Below, one piece after another: positions 47,127-57,587 of a DNA stretch of 64,000 nucleotides. The stretch is from assembly GCA_963706595.1 (NCBI GenBank), contig OY970166.1, positions 5,312,001 to 5,376,000 of the forward strand. Direction: 5' to 3'. The notes under the pieces are model-generated. The model was not told where the DNA came from. It did not search any database and saw only the letters and a list, made by a program, of their open reading frames with translations. The first letter of the stretch is position 1. Each line of letters begins with the position of its first letter. The position numbers and the translations under genes were made by a program. This DNA is from an uncultured cyanobacterium. GTDB taxonomy: Bacteria; Cyanobacteriota; Cyanobacteriia; Cyanobacteriales; Nostocaceae.

Positions 47127-47852
47127 TTATTCAGCAGCAGAGAAAAACAGTGGTAACACAAAAGCCGCGATAATTCCCCCCAACACAAAAACCTCTATAA
47201 TTCTCAATGAGGAATTACTCTGTGTTAACTGATTAATTCCAGCACTCAAATTCTGGGAAAAATTACTCAACCAACTCCGCCAACGACTATACCAGTTTCT
47301 CGGACTATCTTCTGGGCGGAATTTCCCTGACAACATAGATAGTAACAATGGCGCACCACCCACCTTAGCAGACATCAAAAGATGAGTGGCTAAACAACAA
47401 ACCATAATCACCCAAGCGATAAGATGGAAATAATACCATAAGTGATCAAGTTCACCGATAGGTAGCCATTCTTCCTTCATCATTCTGCCAGATATTACCG
47501 CCAAAACTGAGGCAATCAGCATCAGAGTATTGACAATACGTTGCAGACTCACCCACCAAATTGGTTTACCAACCTGTGTGAGTTTTTGAATTGAGTCTGG
47601 CTGTAATAGGCGCTTTTCTCCAGCATGAAAGCTATAAAGTGCGAAAGCTGGTAGTAATAGTAAAAAGAATAAACCCGCAGTACCGTGAATATCCTGAATT
47701 GGATCGATTTTAGGAATGGGGATTTTGCCAAATCTTTGGTCGAAGGTGTTGTAAACTAAAAATCCGGTAATAATTGCCGTAATTACTAAAATTCCACTGA
47801 TACCATGCAGAAGTCGCAACAACAAAGGCTGATAGGGGGCTGAACGGCTCAT
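47127..47852 (-). CDS. Cytochrome b/b6-like (Ni-hydrogenase cyt b type) membrane protein
   Basis: RLLHG, DIHGT and HLIAW...HLLM His pairs in TM helices. Confidence 0.8.
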   Translation of the reverse strand: MSRSAPYQPLLLRLLHGISGILVITAIITGFLVYNTFDQRFGKIPIPKIDPIQDIHGTAGLFFLLLLPAFALYSFHAGEKRLLQPDSIQKLTQVGKPIWWVSLQRIVNTLMLIASVLAVISGRMMKEEWLPIGELDHLWYYFHLIAWVIMVCCLATHLLMSAKVGGAPLLLSMLSGKFRPEDSPRNWYSRWRSWLSNFSQNLSAGINQLTQSNSSLRIIEVFVLGGIIAAFVLPLFFSAAE

Positions 47853-48097
47853 AAGCTGATTGAAAATGATTTTAAAAGGCTAATTTGGGTATAGGATATC
47901 TTAAAAATAAACCCTTTGTGATCAGTATCTGCCTGATATGCGGGTAAGTAATCGATTTATCTCAGTGAATAGCACTGACTGGTAAGATGCGATCGCCATT
48001 AAATTCTGCATTAGGGTTGAATAATTAAATAAACAATTAAAGTAGTTAAAATAAAAGATATAGGTGATATACTAACTCTCTCTCTCACCCTGGTTTT

Positions 48098-49462
48098 ATG
48101 GGACTGCCAATTGTTGCTATTATCGGTCGCCCAAATGTGGGCAAATCCACCCTGGTTAATCGTCTCGCCGGGGAACAAACGGCGATTGTCCACGACGAAC
48201 CGGGTGTGACACGCGATCGCACTTATATGCCATCTTACTGGCGCGATCGCGATTTTCTAGTTGTAGATACAGGTGGTTTAGTCTTTAACGACGATACCGA
48301 ATTCCTGCCATTGATTCGCCAACAGGCACTCACAGCCCTCTCCCAAGCCAGCGCCGCTATTTTAGTTGTAGACGGTCAAACCGGCCTCACAGGGTCAGAT
48401 CAAGAAATTGCTTCATGGTTACGCCAACAACCAGTACCTGTTTTACTGGCTGTAAACAAATGTGAATCCCCAGACCAAGGCGCAGTTCAAGCCTCAGAAT
48501 TTTGGGGATTAGGCTTGGGCGAACCTTACCCCATCTCCGCAATTCATGGTAGTGGTACAGGCGAATTACTCGACGAGTTAATTAGTCACATCCCCATCGT
48601 TACAGAAGTAGAAGAAACTAACGAGATTAAAGTAGCCATTATCGGCCGCCCTAATGTCGGCAAATCCAGTTTATTAAATGCTTTTCTGGGTGAAGAAAGG
48701 TCAATTGTTAGCCCGATTTCCGGCACAACCCGCGATGCTATTGATACCATCGCCGAACGGAATGGGCAAATTTATCGCATCATTGACACCGCCGGCATTC
48801 GTAGAAAAAAACAAATCGACTACGGTACAGAATTCTTTAGTATTAACCGTGCTTTCAAAGCGATTCGCCGCGCCGATGTGGTTTTAATGGTCATTGATGC
48901 CCTAGATGGAGTCACAGACCAAGACCAAAAATTAGCCGGGCGGATTATCGACGAAGGTCGAGCTTGTATTATTGTCGTCAATAAATGGGATGCGATTGAA
49001 AAAGACTCATATACCATTTACGACTACGAAAAAACTATAGAAGCCCGGTTACACTTTACAGAATGGGCAGAAACCATTTTTGTCAGTGCCTCTACAGGAC
49101 AACGGGTAGACAAGATTTTAGAATTAGTCAATGAAGCAGCTGAATCACACAAACGCCGTGTGAGTACATCTGTAATCAACGAAGTCCTCACAGACGCTGT
49201 AAGTTGGCATTCACCCCCAGCTTCTAGGGGTGGTCGTCAGGGCAAAATCTATTATGGGACTCAAGTGGGTATTCAACCCCCAACCATCGCCCTATTCGTC
49301 AACGAAGCTAAACGTTTTAATGACAATTACCGCCGCTACATTGAAAGACAATTCCGCAAACAATTAGGGTTTAAAGGCACACCCATGCGTTTACTTTGGC
49401 GTAGTAAAAAGGTTCGGGAGATGGAAGTTGGTAGTGTTAATAGAGCAACTCGCGTTAAATAA
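48098..49462 (+). CDS. der: Ribosome biogenesis GTPase Der/EngA
   Basis: Two tandem GRPNVGKS G-domains, [17 protein letters not shown]-like C-terminus. Confidence 0.97.
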   Translation: MGLPIVAIIGRPNVGKSTLVNRLAGEQTAIVHDEPGVTRDRTYMPSYWRDRDFLVVDTGGLVFNDDTEFLPLIRQQALTALSQASAAILVVDGQTGLTGSDQEIASWLRQQPVPVLLAVNKCESPDQGAVQASEFWGLGLGEPYPISAIHGSGTGELLDELISHIPIVTEVEETNEIKVAIIGRPNVGKSSLLNAFLGEERSIVSPISGTTRDAIDTIAERNGQIYRIIDTAGIRRKKQIDYGTEFFSINRAFKAIRRADVVLMVIDALDGVTDQDQKLAGRIIDEGRACIIVVNKWDAIEKDSYTIYDYEKTIEARLHFTEWAETIFVSASTGQRVDKILELVNEAAESHKRRVSTSVINEVLTDAVSWHSPPASRGGRQGKIYYGTQVGIQPPTIALFVNEAKRFNDNYRRYIERQFRKQLGFKGTPMRLLWRSKKVREMEVGSVNRATRVK

Positions 49463-49700
49463 GTGCGCTCAAAGAAACGCGATAAATCGTATAAAGAGAC
49501 GCGATAAATCGCGTCTGTACAAGCTGAGTAGGGTGTGTTACGCCGTAGGCTAACGCACCTGATAGTATTGGTGCTTTACTACTTTTGCATCAAGCTTAAG
49601 AATAATATAGTAGCGTTGCGCTCTTCTGCTTAATCAGCACTGTCTCAACGCTCCGCTACCGCTTTAAGCGCAGCTGTTGCACTCCTTACTCAGAAAAGAT

Positions 49701-50627
49701 ATGGATTTATTGCGATCGCTACCACTAGGACTATACTTAGAACAACCGCAAACTTGGCTACACAAACTCGATCCAAGGGTCAAAATTGCTTGGTTGATGA
49801 GCTTTCTCACCAGCTACACTTTTGCTAATAACGAGTGGCGGATATTACTGGTTGCACTATTAATTATTTTTACTGTCATCGCTAGAATACCCCGGCGAGT
49901 CTGGAAACAGCAAATGGGCTGGCTGTTAACCTTGGCGTTTTTTGTCTTTGTGCTAATCAGCATCAGTCCTGATGGTTTGGGTGTAAGTTATCAGCCACGC
50001 CTACCCACTAACCCACAAATCTTAACTCAGCCAGCAAACCCCACTAATACCGATATTGTCCCAGCACCAACAGACGACAATCAAGGCTACAGCTACATCC
50101 TCTTCCATAAAGGACCAGTCAAAGTAACTCGTCGCTCAATTGATTTAGCCATCAGAGTTAGTACGATTATATTTACCGTGATTTACAGCAGTAACCTGTA
50201 TCTGCTCACAACCGCACCCGAAGAAATCACCACGGCGATAGAAAGCTTAATGCAGCCCCTGCGACGCTTCCAAGTCCCCGTTACTGAAATTACTCTGACT
50301 TTAACTTTGTCCTTGCGATTTATTCCCCTAGTTCTCGAAGAAGTCCAAAATTTAATTCGCTCTGTGATGACTAGGGCAATTAATTGGAAAAAATTGGGGT
50401 TAAAAGGAGCCGTCAAAGTTTGGATGACCATAGCAGAGAGACTCTTAAAAAATCTCCTCCTACGAGCCGAACAAATGGCTAGTGCGATGATGGTGCGCGG
50501 CTTCACTAGCCCCAATGAACATCAAGTAATATGGCACGAATTACGCCTCAAAGCCAGAGATTGGCTAGCGATCGCGATGCTTACCCTATTTTGGGGTGCT
50601 AGACTAGTTCTAGGAAATTTGGCTTAA
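49701..50627 (+). CDS. ECF transporter T component (CbiQ/Ycf92-like)
   Basis: LHKLDPRVK, TTAPEEI, LSLRFIPLVLEE, AMMVRGF. Confidence 0.9.
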   Translation: MDLLRSLPLGLYLEQPQTWLHKLDPRVKIAWLMSFLTSYTFANNEWRILLVALLIIFTVIARIPRRVWKQQMGWLLTLAFFVFVLISISPDGLGVSYQPRLPTNPQILTQPANPTNTDIVPAPTDDNQGYSYILFHKGPVKVTRRSIDLAIRVSTIIFTVIYSSNLYLLTTAPEEITTAIESLMQPLRRFQVPVTEITLTLTLSLRFIPLVLEEVQNLIRSVMTRAINWKKLGLKGAVKVWMTIAERLLKNLLLRAEQMASAMMVRGFTSPNEHQVIWHELRLKARDWLAIAMLTLFWGARLVLGNLA

Positions 50628-50925
50628 CCCATTCAATCTCTTGCCCATTTTGCTCCACAGGGCGATAATTATGCCAATATGGAAAGAAGCTAGAGCAAAT
50701 AGACATAAGTAATTGCCTTTCTGATATTTTGTGCAGTTCTACGTTGCTACTGACAGTTCATCTGCCCATTCAGAACAAGATCAAGGTTTTGATCACTGCC
50801 ATTAAATGACCAGAATTACTGATTTTCGCATCAGATAACCAAATATTCTGGCAAAAGGGGTGTATTATCTTCTGAACATTTGTACTGATTTGCAAAAAGA
50901 TATATACTCCTACCTTGACTATTAA

Positions 50926-51204
50926 ATGAATCCAGAAAGCTCAGAAACTTACATAAATCATCCAACTTGGGGTCTGCTTTATCGGATCTGTATGGTCGAT
51001 GAAAGCCAGGATCTGTTTAGTACACTTTATGCCCAACGGTTGTTTTTTTTGGTTGCCAACGACATTAAAGGCATCAAATTTCAGTCCATCGGACGTACTG
51101 AAGCCCGAATGTTGTTAGAAAATCGCTTGCGTACTCTGCGCCGCAGTGGTCAATCCCAGGAGTACGAGCAACTTCAGAGTGTTTTTCAACGCACATTCCA
51201 ATGA
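50926..51204 (+). CDS. pipX: PII/NtcA-interacting protein PipX
   Basis: ETYINHPTWGLLY...LYAQRLFFLV...RLRTLRR; upstream of pipY-sepF-proC. Confidence 0.95.
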   Translation: MNPESSETYINHPTWGLLYRICMVDESQDLFSTLYAQRLFFLVANDIKGIKFQSIGRTEARMLLENRLRTLRRSGQSQEYEQLQSVFQRTFQ

Positions 51205-51869
51205 CCAGTTCCATTAGCGAACGTATCACCACAATTAGGGCTTCACTACCACCTTCAGTCCGGTTGATTGCTGTGAGCAAGACATGGCCTTCTGAGGCCA
51301 TTCGGGCGGCTTACAACACCGGAATTCGCGATTTTGGCGAGAACCGTATCCAAGAAGCTGCCAGTAAACAAGCCGAGTTACACGACTTACCGGATATTAC
51401 TTGGCACTTTATTGGTCGGTTGCAAAGTAATAAAGCCAAAAAAGCCCTGGAATTATTTGATTGGATTCACTCTGTAGACAATTTGAAACTAGCACAGCGC
51501 TTAAATCAATTAGCACTTGAGCTAAAAGTTAGTCCTCAAATTTGTCTACAAGTGAAAATTCTTCCTGACCCCAACAAGTCGGGTTGGAGTGTCCCCGAAC
51601 TATTAGCTGACTTACCTGAACTTGACCAGTGTAAAAATTTACAAATTCAGGGTTTGATGACAATTCCCCCTTTGGGATTGAATGATGCCGAAATAATTAA
51701 CGTATTTAATGCTACATCTGAATTAGCCAAAGAAATCCAACAACAAAACTGGTCTCACCTGACAATGCCCGAACTTTCAATGGGTATGTCAGGAGACTAT
51801 CGACTGGCAGTGCAAGCTGGAGCAACGATGGTAAGATTAGGGACCATTTTGTTTGGTACGCGCACTTAG
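51201..51869 (+). CDS. pipY: PLP homeostasis protein PipY (YggS family)
   Basis: LIAVSK, FGENRIQEA, WHFIGRLQSNK, GLMTIPP, LSMGMSGDY, VRLGTILFG. Confidence 0.95.
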   Translation: MTSSISERITTIRASLPPSVRLIAVSKTWPSEAIRAAYNTGIRDFGENRIQEAASKQAELHDLPDITWHFIGRLQSNKAKKALELFDWIHSVDNLKLAQRLNQLALELKVSPQICLQVKILPDPNKSGWSVPELLADLPELDQCKNLQIQGLMTIPPLGLNDAEIINVFNATSELAKEIQQQNWSHLTMPELSMGMSGDYRLAVQAGATMVRLGTILFGTRT

Positions 51870-52231
51870 GGTATGAGCTATGACTTTTTGGTTATGGTAT
51901 CGATACCACTAGGGGTGGAATACAGAGAAACTTTTATCAATACTTAGTTAATATAATACAGGAATCTAGCTTTTATTCAGGTGACTACTAAGGAAAAAGC
52001 GGGGGAAAGTCATCTTTATTTCCAACAATCATTCGGCTATAATCTTGACTCATTATTGTGTGTGAGTTAATCTACAGGCGTTACCTTAAACGTCAATTGA
52101 TTAACTTTAGTTGTAATAGAAGCTACAAACAGCGATAAACTTACAAGTTGTCAGGCCTTTGTAGCTATCAACTCTGGCTACATTAACTAATAGCCAAGTC
52201 CATCAGGGTAACTTTTATCAGGAGCAGAACA

Positions 52232-52835
52232 ATGAACAACATATTTAGTAAACTCCGAGACTTTGTAGGTCTCAATGAGCAAGTGGAATACGAATACTAC
52301 GAAGAAGAAGCTGATACAGATACCAGTAACTACCAAAATCTGTATCAACAAGAAAATCCCCAACCAGCACCAGCAGAAGCCAATGCTCAAAATCGACGCT
52401 GGCGGGAACCCATGACTACAATGGGTGATGATGTAGCCGCAGGATCAAAGTCTACGATGGGGAATGTGATTAATATGCCAGGAGCAATTAACGGAATTTC
52501 AGAAGTGTTAGTACCTGGAACCTCGTACCTTTGAAGAAATGCCCCAGGCAATTCAAGCACTCAGAGAGCGTAAGTCAGTAGTTTTAAACTTGACCATTAT
52601 GGACCCAGATCAAGCACAAAGAGCGGTTGATTTTGTGGCTGGGGGGACTTACGCACTCGATGGACATCAAGAGCGAATCGGAGAAAGCATCTTTTTGTTT
52701 ACGCCCAGTTGTGTGCAAGTTAGCACCCAAGGTGGAGTTATTCATGAAGTACCCCAAACACCTGTTCGTCCTTCACGTCCCGCCACTAGTTCCAATCAAG
52801 CCTGGGGCAACGACGTTAACCGCATGGTGCAGTAA
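52232..52835 (+). CDS. sepF: Cell division protein SepF, split by a +1 frameshift near 52514
   Basis: Removing one C from GTACCTGGAA restores [32 protein letters not shown] and IFLFTP motifs. Confidence 0.92.
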
Positions 52836-52965
52836 GGTTAAATTAGTCAAAAGTTCAGCAACGAAAATTTTTGATGATTTTACGGGCGGGTTTAATGAGA
52901 CATGGTATCTTACCATAGATTGATGGGTTAAACCTGCTCTTATTGACTATTAATTATATAACTTA

Positions 52966-53778
52966 ATGACTATTAAATTTGGCTTAATTGGTGGCGGAGT
53001 TATGGGAGAAGCGCTGTTATCCCGTCTGATGGCGCGGGAAATCTATCAACCATCGGAAGTGATAGTCAGCGAACCCCTAGCGACACGCCAAAGTTATTTG
53101 CAGCAAAAATATAATGTAACTGTAACGACAGATAATGGTGTGGTTTTCACAGAAGCCACAGAAGTGGTATTTTTAGCAATAAAACCACAGGTATTCAGTG
53201 CGATCGCTCAAGAATTAGCAGATATTCTGACTATCCAAATCTCGCCCTTGGTAATTTCTATTTTAGCGGGAGTGTCCTTAAGCCAACTAGAATCAGCATT
53301 TCCCCAGTTACCAGTCATTCGAGCCATGCCCAACACCCCAGCCACCGTGGGGGCAGGAATTACCGCTATGTGTTTAGGTGCATACACTAGCCCCAAGCAC
53401 CACAGAATAGCACATCAAGTTTTTTCGGCGGTGGGAGAAGTTGTAGAAGTTCCAGAAATGCTCATGGATGCAGTCACAGGACTATCTGGTAGTGGTCCGG
53501 CTTACGTAGCCTTAATGGTAGAATCATTGGCTGATGGGGGAGTAGCCGCAGGATTACCCAGAAGCATCGCCAATCAGCTCGCTTTACAAACTGTATTAGG
53601 CACGGCGACACTGTTGCAAGAAAACAAAATTCATCCCGCAGAACTTAAAGACAGTGTTACCAGTCCCGGTGGTACAACCATTGCTGGAATTGCCCAACTA
53701 GAAAAAGCCGGATTTCGCTCTGCTTTAATTGAAGCAGTCAAAGCGGCGGCACTGCGATCGCAAGAATTGGGGAAATGA
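52966..53778 (+). CDS. proC: Pyrroline-5-carboxylate reductase
   Basis: GGGVMG, RAMPNTP, TGLSGSGPAY, VTSPGGTT. Confidence 0.96.
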   Translation: MTIKFGLIGGGVMGEALLSRLMAREIYQPSEVIVSEPLATRQSYLQQKYNVTVTTDNGVVFTEATEVVFLAIKPQVFSAIAQELADILTIQISPLVISILAGVSLSQLESAFPQLPVIRAMPNTPATVGAGITAMCLGAYTSPKHHRIAHQVFSAVGEVVEVPEMLMDAVTGLSGSGPAYVALMVESLADGGVAAGLPRSIANQLALQTVLGTATLLQENKIHPAELKDSVTSPGGTTIAGIAQLEKAGFRSALIEAVKAAALRSQELGK

Positions 53779-54003
53779 GGGAGTGGGGAGTAGGGAGTGG
53801 GGAGTGGGGAGTGGGGGGGAGAAGAAAGAGGCAGGGGAGCAGGGAGCAGGGAGCAGGGGGGAAAATTGTAACTTCCCAATGTGACTAATGACCAAAGAAT
53901 TTTGGATTTTGGATTTGCGTTAGCGAAGCATACGCAGCGCGGCGAGTATTTTAGATTGCAGTCTAATCCAAAATCTAAAATCTAAAATCTAAAATTGATT
54001 GAC
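53778..54003. repeat. STRR heptamers plus second copy of the 98-bp dispersed repeat (53906-54003)
   Basis: GGGGAGT and GCAGGGA tandem units; match to 2001-2098. Confidence 0.85.
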
Positions 54004-54077
54004 CAATGACTAATGACTAACGAAGTTGACAAAATAGCCGTTAAGATAGTAAAAAGTCCGGTTGCAAATTTGATTGA

Positions 54078-56753
54078 GTGAATTATCCCGCACCATCTCC
54101 AGAACTTGACTTAGGGTTAATATTTCCCTTTGAATTGGATCAATTCCAACAAGATGCGATCGCGTCCCTAAATTCTGGACGTTCCGTAGTCGTTTGTGCG
54201 CCCACAGGTTCGGGCAAAACCTTAGTTGGGGAATACGCCATCTATCGAGCCTTATCACGAGGAAAACGTGTATTTTACACCACACCCCTCAAGGCGTTGT
54301 CAAATCAAAAATTACGTGATTTTCGTGAACAATTTGGGTATGACCAAGTTGGACTGTTAACTGGAGATATTTCTATTAACAGGGACGCACCGATTCTGGT
54401 GATGACAACAGAAATCTTCCGGAATATGCTCTATGGTACACCCATCGGGCAAATTGGTATTTCCTTAGTAGACGTGGAAGCGGTGGTGCTAGATGAGTGC
54501 CACTACATGAACGATCGCCAACGCGGTACAGTTTGGGAAGAATCCATTATTTACTGTCCGCGTGAAATTCAATTAGCAGCCCTTTCCGCAACAGTTGCCA
54601 ACAGCGACCAACTCACCGACTGGCTGAATCGCGTTCACGGTCCCACAGACCTGATTTATTCCGATTTTCGTCCCGTTCCCTTAGAATTTTACTATTGCAA
54701 TCCCAAGGGGCTGTTTCCCCTGCTGAATGAGACCAAAACCAAAATTAATCCCCGTTTAGCAAACAGAGGCAAAAGGAAGCAAGGGGACAGGGGTAGAAAT
54801 GGTAGACCAGAAGCCCCTGGCATAGCTTACACCCTCAGCCAGCTACAGCAACGGGATATGCTCCCAGCGATTTACTTTATTTTCAGTCGCCGAGGATGTG
54901 ATAAAGCAGTTGCAGAAGTTGGTGATTTATGGTTGGTAAATAATGATGAGTCGCAAATATTACGCGAGCAAATTGATAATTTTTTAGCACGTAATCCTGA
55001 AGCTGGGCGTTCTGGGCAAATTGCCCCCCTTTATAGAGGTATTGCTGCTCACCATGCCGGAATTTTACCTGCGTGGAAAGGACTAGTAGAAGAACTATTT
55101 CAGCAAGGGCTAATTAAAGTCGTCTTTGCCACTGAGACACTAGCGGCGGGAATCAATATGCCTGCCCGGACAACAGTTATTTCCACCCTTTCCAAACGGA
55201 CTGATTCTGGACATCGCCTATTAAACGCTTCGGAATTCCTCCAAATGGCTGGGCGGGCTGGTCGGCGAGGGATGGATTTACAAGGTCATGTGGTGACAGT
55301 CCAAACTCCCTTTGAAGGCTCGAAGGAAGGAGCATATTTAGCGACATCTAAACCAGACCCATTGGTGAGTCAGTTTACACCCAGCTATGGTATGGTACTG
55401 AACCTGCTGCAAATCCATACTTTAGAGCAAGCGAAGGAACTCATAGAACGCAGCTTTGGGCAGTACATGGCAACTCTGCATTTAAGACCAGAGTATGATG
55501 AAATTGCCCAACTGCAAACCCAATTAGCTCAACTTCACGAACAAATTGCCACAGTTAATGAACATGAACTAGCAGTTTATGAGAAATTACGGCAACGCCT
55601 GAAAGTAGAACGCCAGTTATTATCAACCCTGCAAGAACAAGCCCAGGAAAATCGGCAAGAAGAATTTGTGATGATGTTGAGCTTTGCAGTGTCAGGAACG
55701 CTGTTAAGTCTCAAAGGTAAAAACATCGCCGTATCTATACCCATAACAGCAGTATTAATGGGAAAAATACCTGCTAATGGGGAAGCTCCTCATTTGATCT
55801 GCTTGGGGCAAGATAATCGCTGGTACGTGGTGACAACTAAAGATGTCGTCAATTTGTATGCGGAATTGCCACGATTGGATGTGCCAGCGCATATCGTACC
55901 ACCTCCTGAGTTGCTGTTAAAGCCGGGTCAATCGCTGCGTGGGAGTGAAGAAACATTTGCGATCGCGCAACGCATTCCAGAAGGCGGAGAAGGGTCATTG
56001 TATATGCCCCCAGAAGTGGCCGAACAACTCAGTCGCGTTACCGCCGTCCAAGAGCAATTAGAAGCAAATCCCATCCATCAATCAGGCAATGTTAGCAAGA
56101 TATTCAAACGCCGGGCGCGTTATGTAGAATTAGAAGCCGAACTGGAACAATTACAATCACAAGTTGAGGAACACTCACAACGCCATTGGGAAGAATTTGT
56201 CAATTTAATTTCCATCTTGCAACACTTTGATGCTTTAGATAACTTAGTCCCCACCAAATTAGGGCGAATTGCTGCCGCTATTCGGGGAGAAAATGAATTA
56301 TGGCTAGGTTTAGTCTTTGAAAGTGGTGAATTGGAACATTTAGATCCGCATCATTTAGCAGCAGCAGCAGCAGCCTTAGTCGTGGAAACCCCTCGTCCAG
56401 ATAGTAGGGTACACTTTGAACTCAGTAACGAAGTAGTAGAAGCCTTGGCAAAACTGCGGAACATTCGCCGCAAAATCTTTCAACTGCAACGGCGGTATAA
56501 TGTCGCTTTGCCTATTTGGTTGGAATTTGAGTTAATTGCCATAGTGGAACAGTGGGCGCTGGGAACACCGTGGACAGAACTCTGCGAAAATACCACCTTG
56601 GATGAAGGCGATGTGGTGAGAATTTTACGCCGGACTTTGGATTTATTATCTCAGATTCCCCACGTTCCGCACTTGTCGAAAGATTTCCAGCGTAATGCTT
56701 ATCGGGCGATGCAATTAATTGATAGGTTCCCAGTCAATGAGGTAGCTGATTGA
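54078..56753 (+). CDS. Ski2-like (HelY) DExH RNA helicase with DSHCT domain
   Basis: APTGSGKT, TTPLKALSNQK, DECH, LSAT, FATETLAAGINMPA, QMAGRAGRRG, DEGDVVR. Confidence 0.92.
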   Translation: MNYPAPSPELDLGLIFPFELDQFQQDAIASLNSGRSVVVCAPTGSGKTLVGEYAIYRALSRGKRVFYTTPLKALSNQKLRDFREQFGYDQVGLLTGDISINRDAPILVMTTEIFRNMLYGTPIGQIGISLVDVEAVVLDECHYMNDRQRGTVWEESIIYCPREIQLAALSATVANSDQLTDWLNRVHGPTDLIYSDFRPVPLEFYYCNPKGLFPLLNETKTKINPRLANRGKRKQGDRGRNGRPEAPGIAYTLSQLQQRDMLPAIYFIFSRRGCDKAVAEVGDLWLVNNDESQILREQIDNFLARNPEAGRSGQIAPLYRGIAAHHAGILPAWKGLVEELFQQGLIKVVFATETLAAGINMPARTTVISTLSKRTDSGHRLLNASEFLQMAGRAGRRGMDLQGHVVTVQTPFEGSKEGAYLATSKPDPLVSQFTPSYGMVLNLLQIHTLEQAKELIERSFGQYMATLHLRPEYDEIAQLQTQLAQLHEQIATVNEHELAVYEKLRQRLKVERQLLSTLQEQAQENRQEEFVMMLSFAVSGTLLSLKGKNIAVSIPITAVLMGKIPANGEAPHLICLGQDNRWYVVTTKDVVNLYAELPRLDVPAHIVPPPELLLKPGQSLRGSEETFAIAQRIPEGGEGSLYMPPEVAEQLSRVTAVQEQLEANPIHQSGNVSKIFKRRARYVELEAELEQLQSQVEEHSQRHWEEFVNLISILQHFDALDNLVPTKLGRIAAAIRGENELWLGLVFESGELEHLDPHHLAAAAAALVVETPRPDSRVHFELSNEVVEALAKLRNIRRKIFQLQRRYNVALPIWLEFELIAIVEQWALGTPWTELCENTTLDEGDVVRILRRTLDLLSQIPHVPHLSKDFQRNAYRAMQLIDRFPVNEVAD

Positions 56754-56786
56754 TAAGTAGCTCAAACTTAGAAAAAGTAATACCCA

Positions 56787-56819
56787 GATCCCCGACTTCT
56801 TAGAGAAGTCGGGGATCTA
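56787..56819. terminator. Hairpin AGATCCCCGACTTCT-TAG-AGAAGTCGGGGATCT after the helicase (REP/terminator-like)
   Basis: Perfect 15-bp stem. Confidence 0.6.
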
Positions 56820-56979
56820 TAGGAATCCGATTTGATTTATGAAACAATCTAAGTACAGGTAGGGTGTGTTAGGCGTAAGCCGTAACGCACCTTCCCCAAA
56901 GCTTTCGGTGCGTTACGCTGTCGCTAACACACCCTACTGTATTATTATTTATCTGTTCAAAAATCAAATATGAATCCTA
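56820..56979. mobile_element. MITE copy of the 33192-33328 family
   Basis: Same terminal sequences and internal GTAGGGTGTGTT hairpin. Confidence 0.7.
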
Positions 56980-57013
56980 TATATCGTCAAGGTTGTATGT
57001 TTAATACAGAAGT

Positions 57014-57439
57014 ATGAACTTTGAAGACATTTGGCAACAATATGACTTTATCGAAGCAGAATTGCTGTCAATGGGATGGGAATTTCCTTATAACTATGTT
57101 CTCAATCTCAACTACTATTGGGAACTCAATCCCACTAACACAAATTTGGCAGTTGCTACCACTGAACAACCCCTAAAACTCATCCTGAAATCTTGCATTA
57201 GGCTCGATATACAATTTAATTCAAATCCTCACAATTTAGAGGAAGTCCCGGCTAATCTTGGCACAATTATCGACTGGGGTCAAGTCAGTCCCTCCCCTTG
57301 GATAGAAAACCTATCTCTTCCCCCTGATGAATGGCTGCATCTATTTTTTGATATTGGTGGAAATAACAAAATTCAAGCAGTTTGTCAATCTCTTGTCATT
57401 GAGAAAGTAGCGCAAGAATCCTTAGCATTGACTTCCTAA
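57014..57439 (+). CDS. Hypothetical protein (141 aa)
   Basis: ATG-started ORF filling the gap; protein-like composition; no family recognised with confidence. Confidence 0.6.
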   Translation: MNFEDIWQQYDFIEAELLSMGWEFPYNYVLNLNYYWELNPTNTNLAVATTEQPLKLILKSCIRLDIQFNSNPHNLEEVPANLGTIIDWGQVSPSPWIENLSLPPDEWLHLFFDIGGNNKIQAVCQSLVIEKVAQESLALTS

Positions 57440-57587
57440 TTAATGGCTAAAATCAGGAATCAAATATCATCTATAAAGTTGTGAAATCATGACGTGAGGA
57501 TTTTTTGGAGGACTAAAGTCCTCTCTCCGAGACGCTACGCGGTAAGCGTAGCTATGCCCGCAGGGCTTTACACTACTAACCTGAAAT

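Noticed and set aside
52232..52835. sepF (and HCP at 33407-33899) as true pseudogenes or programmed frameshifts
   Set aside because: Both have the same single-base insertion context, no slippery sequence and no other decay; a sequencing artefact is more parsimonious.
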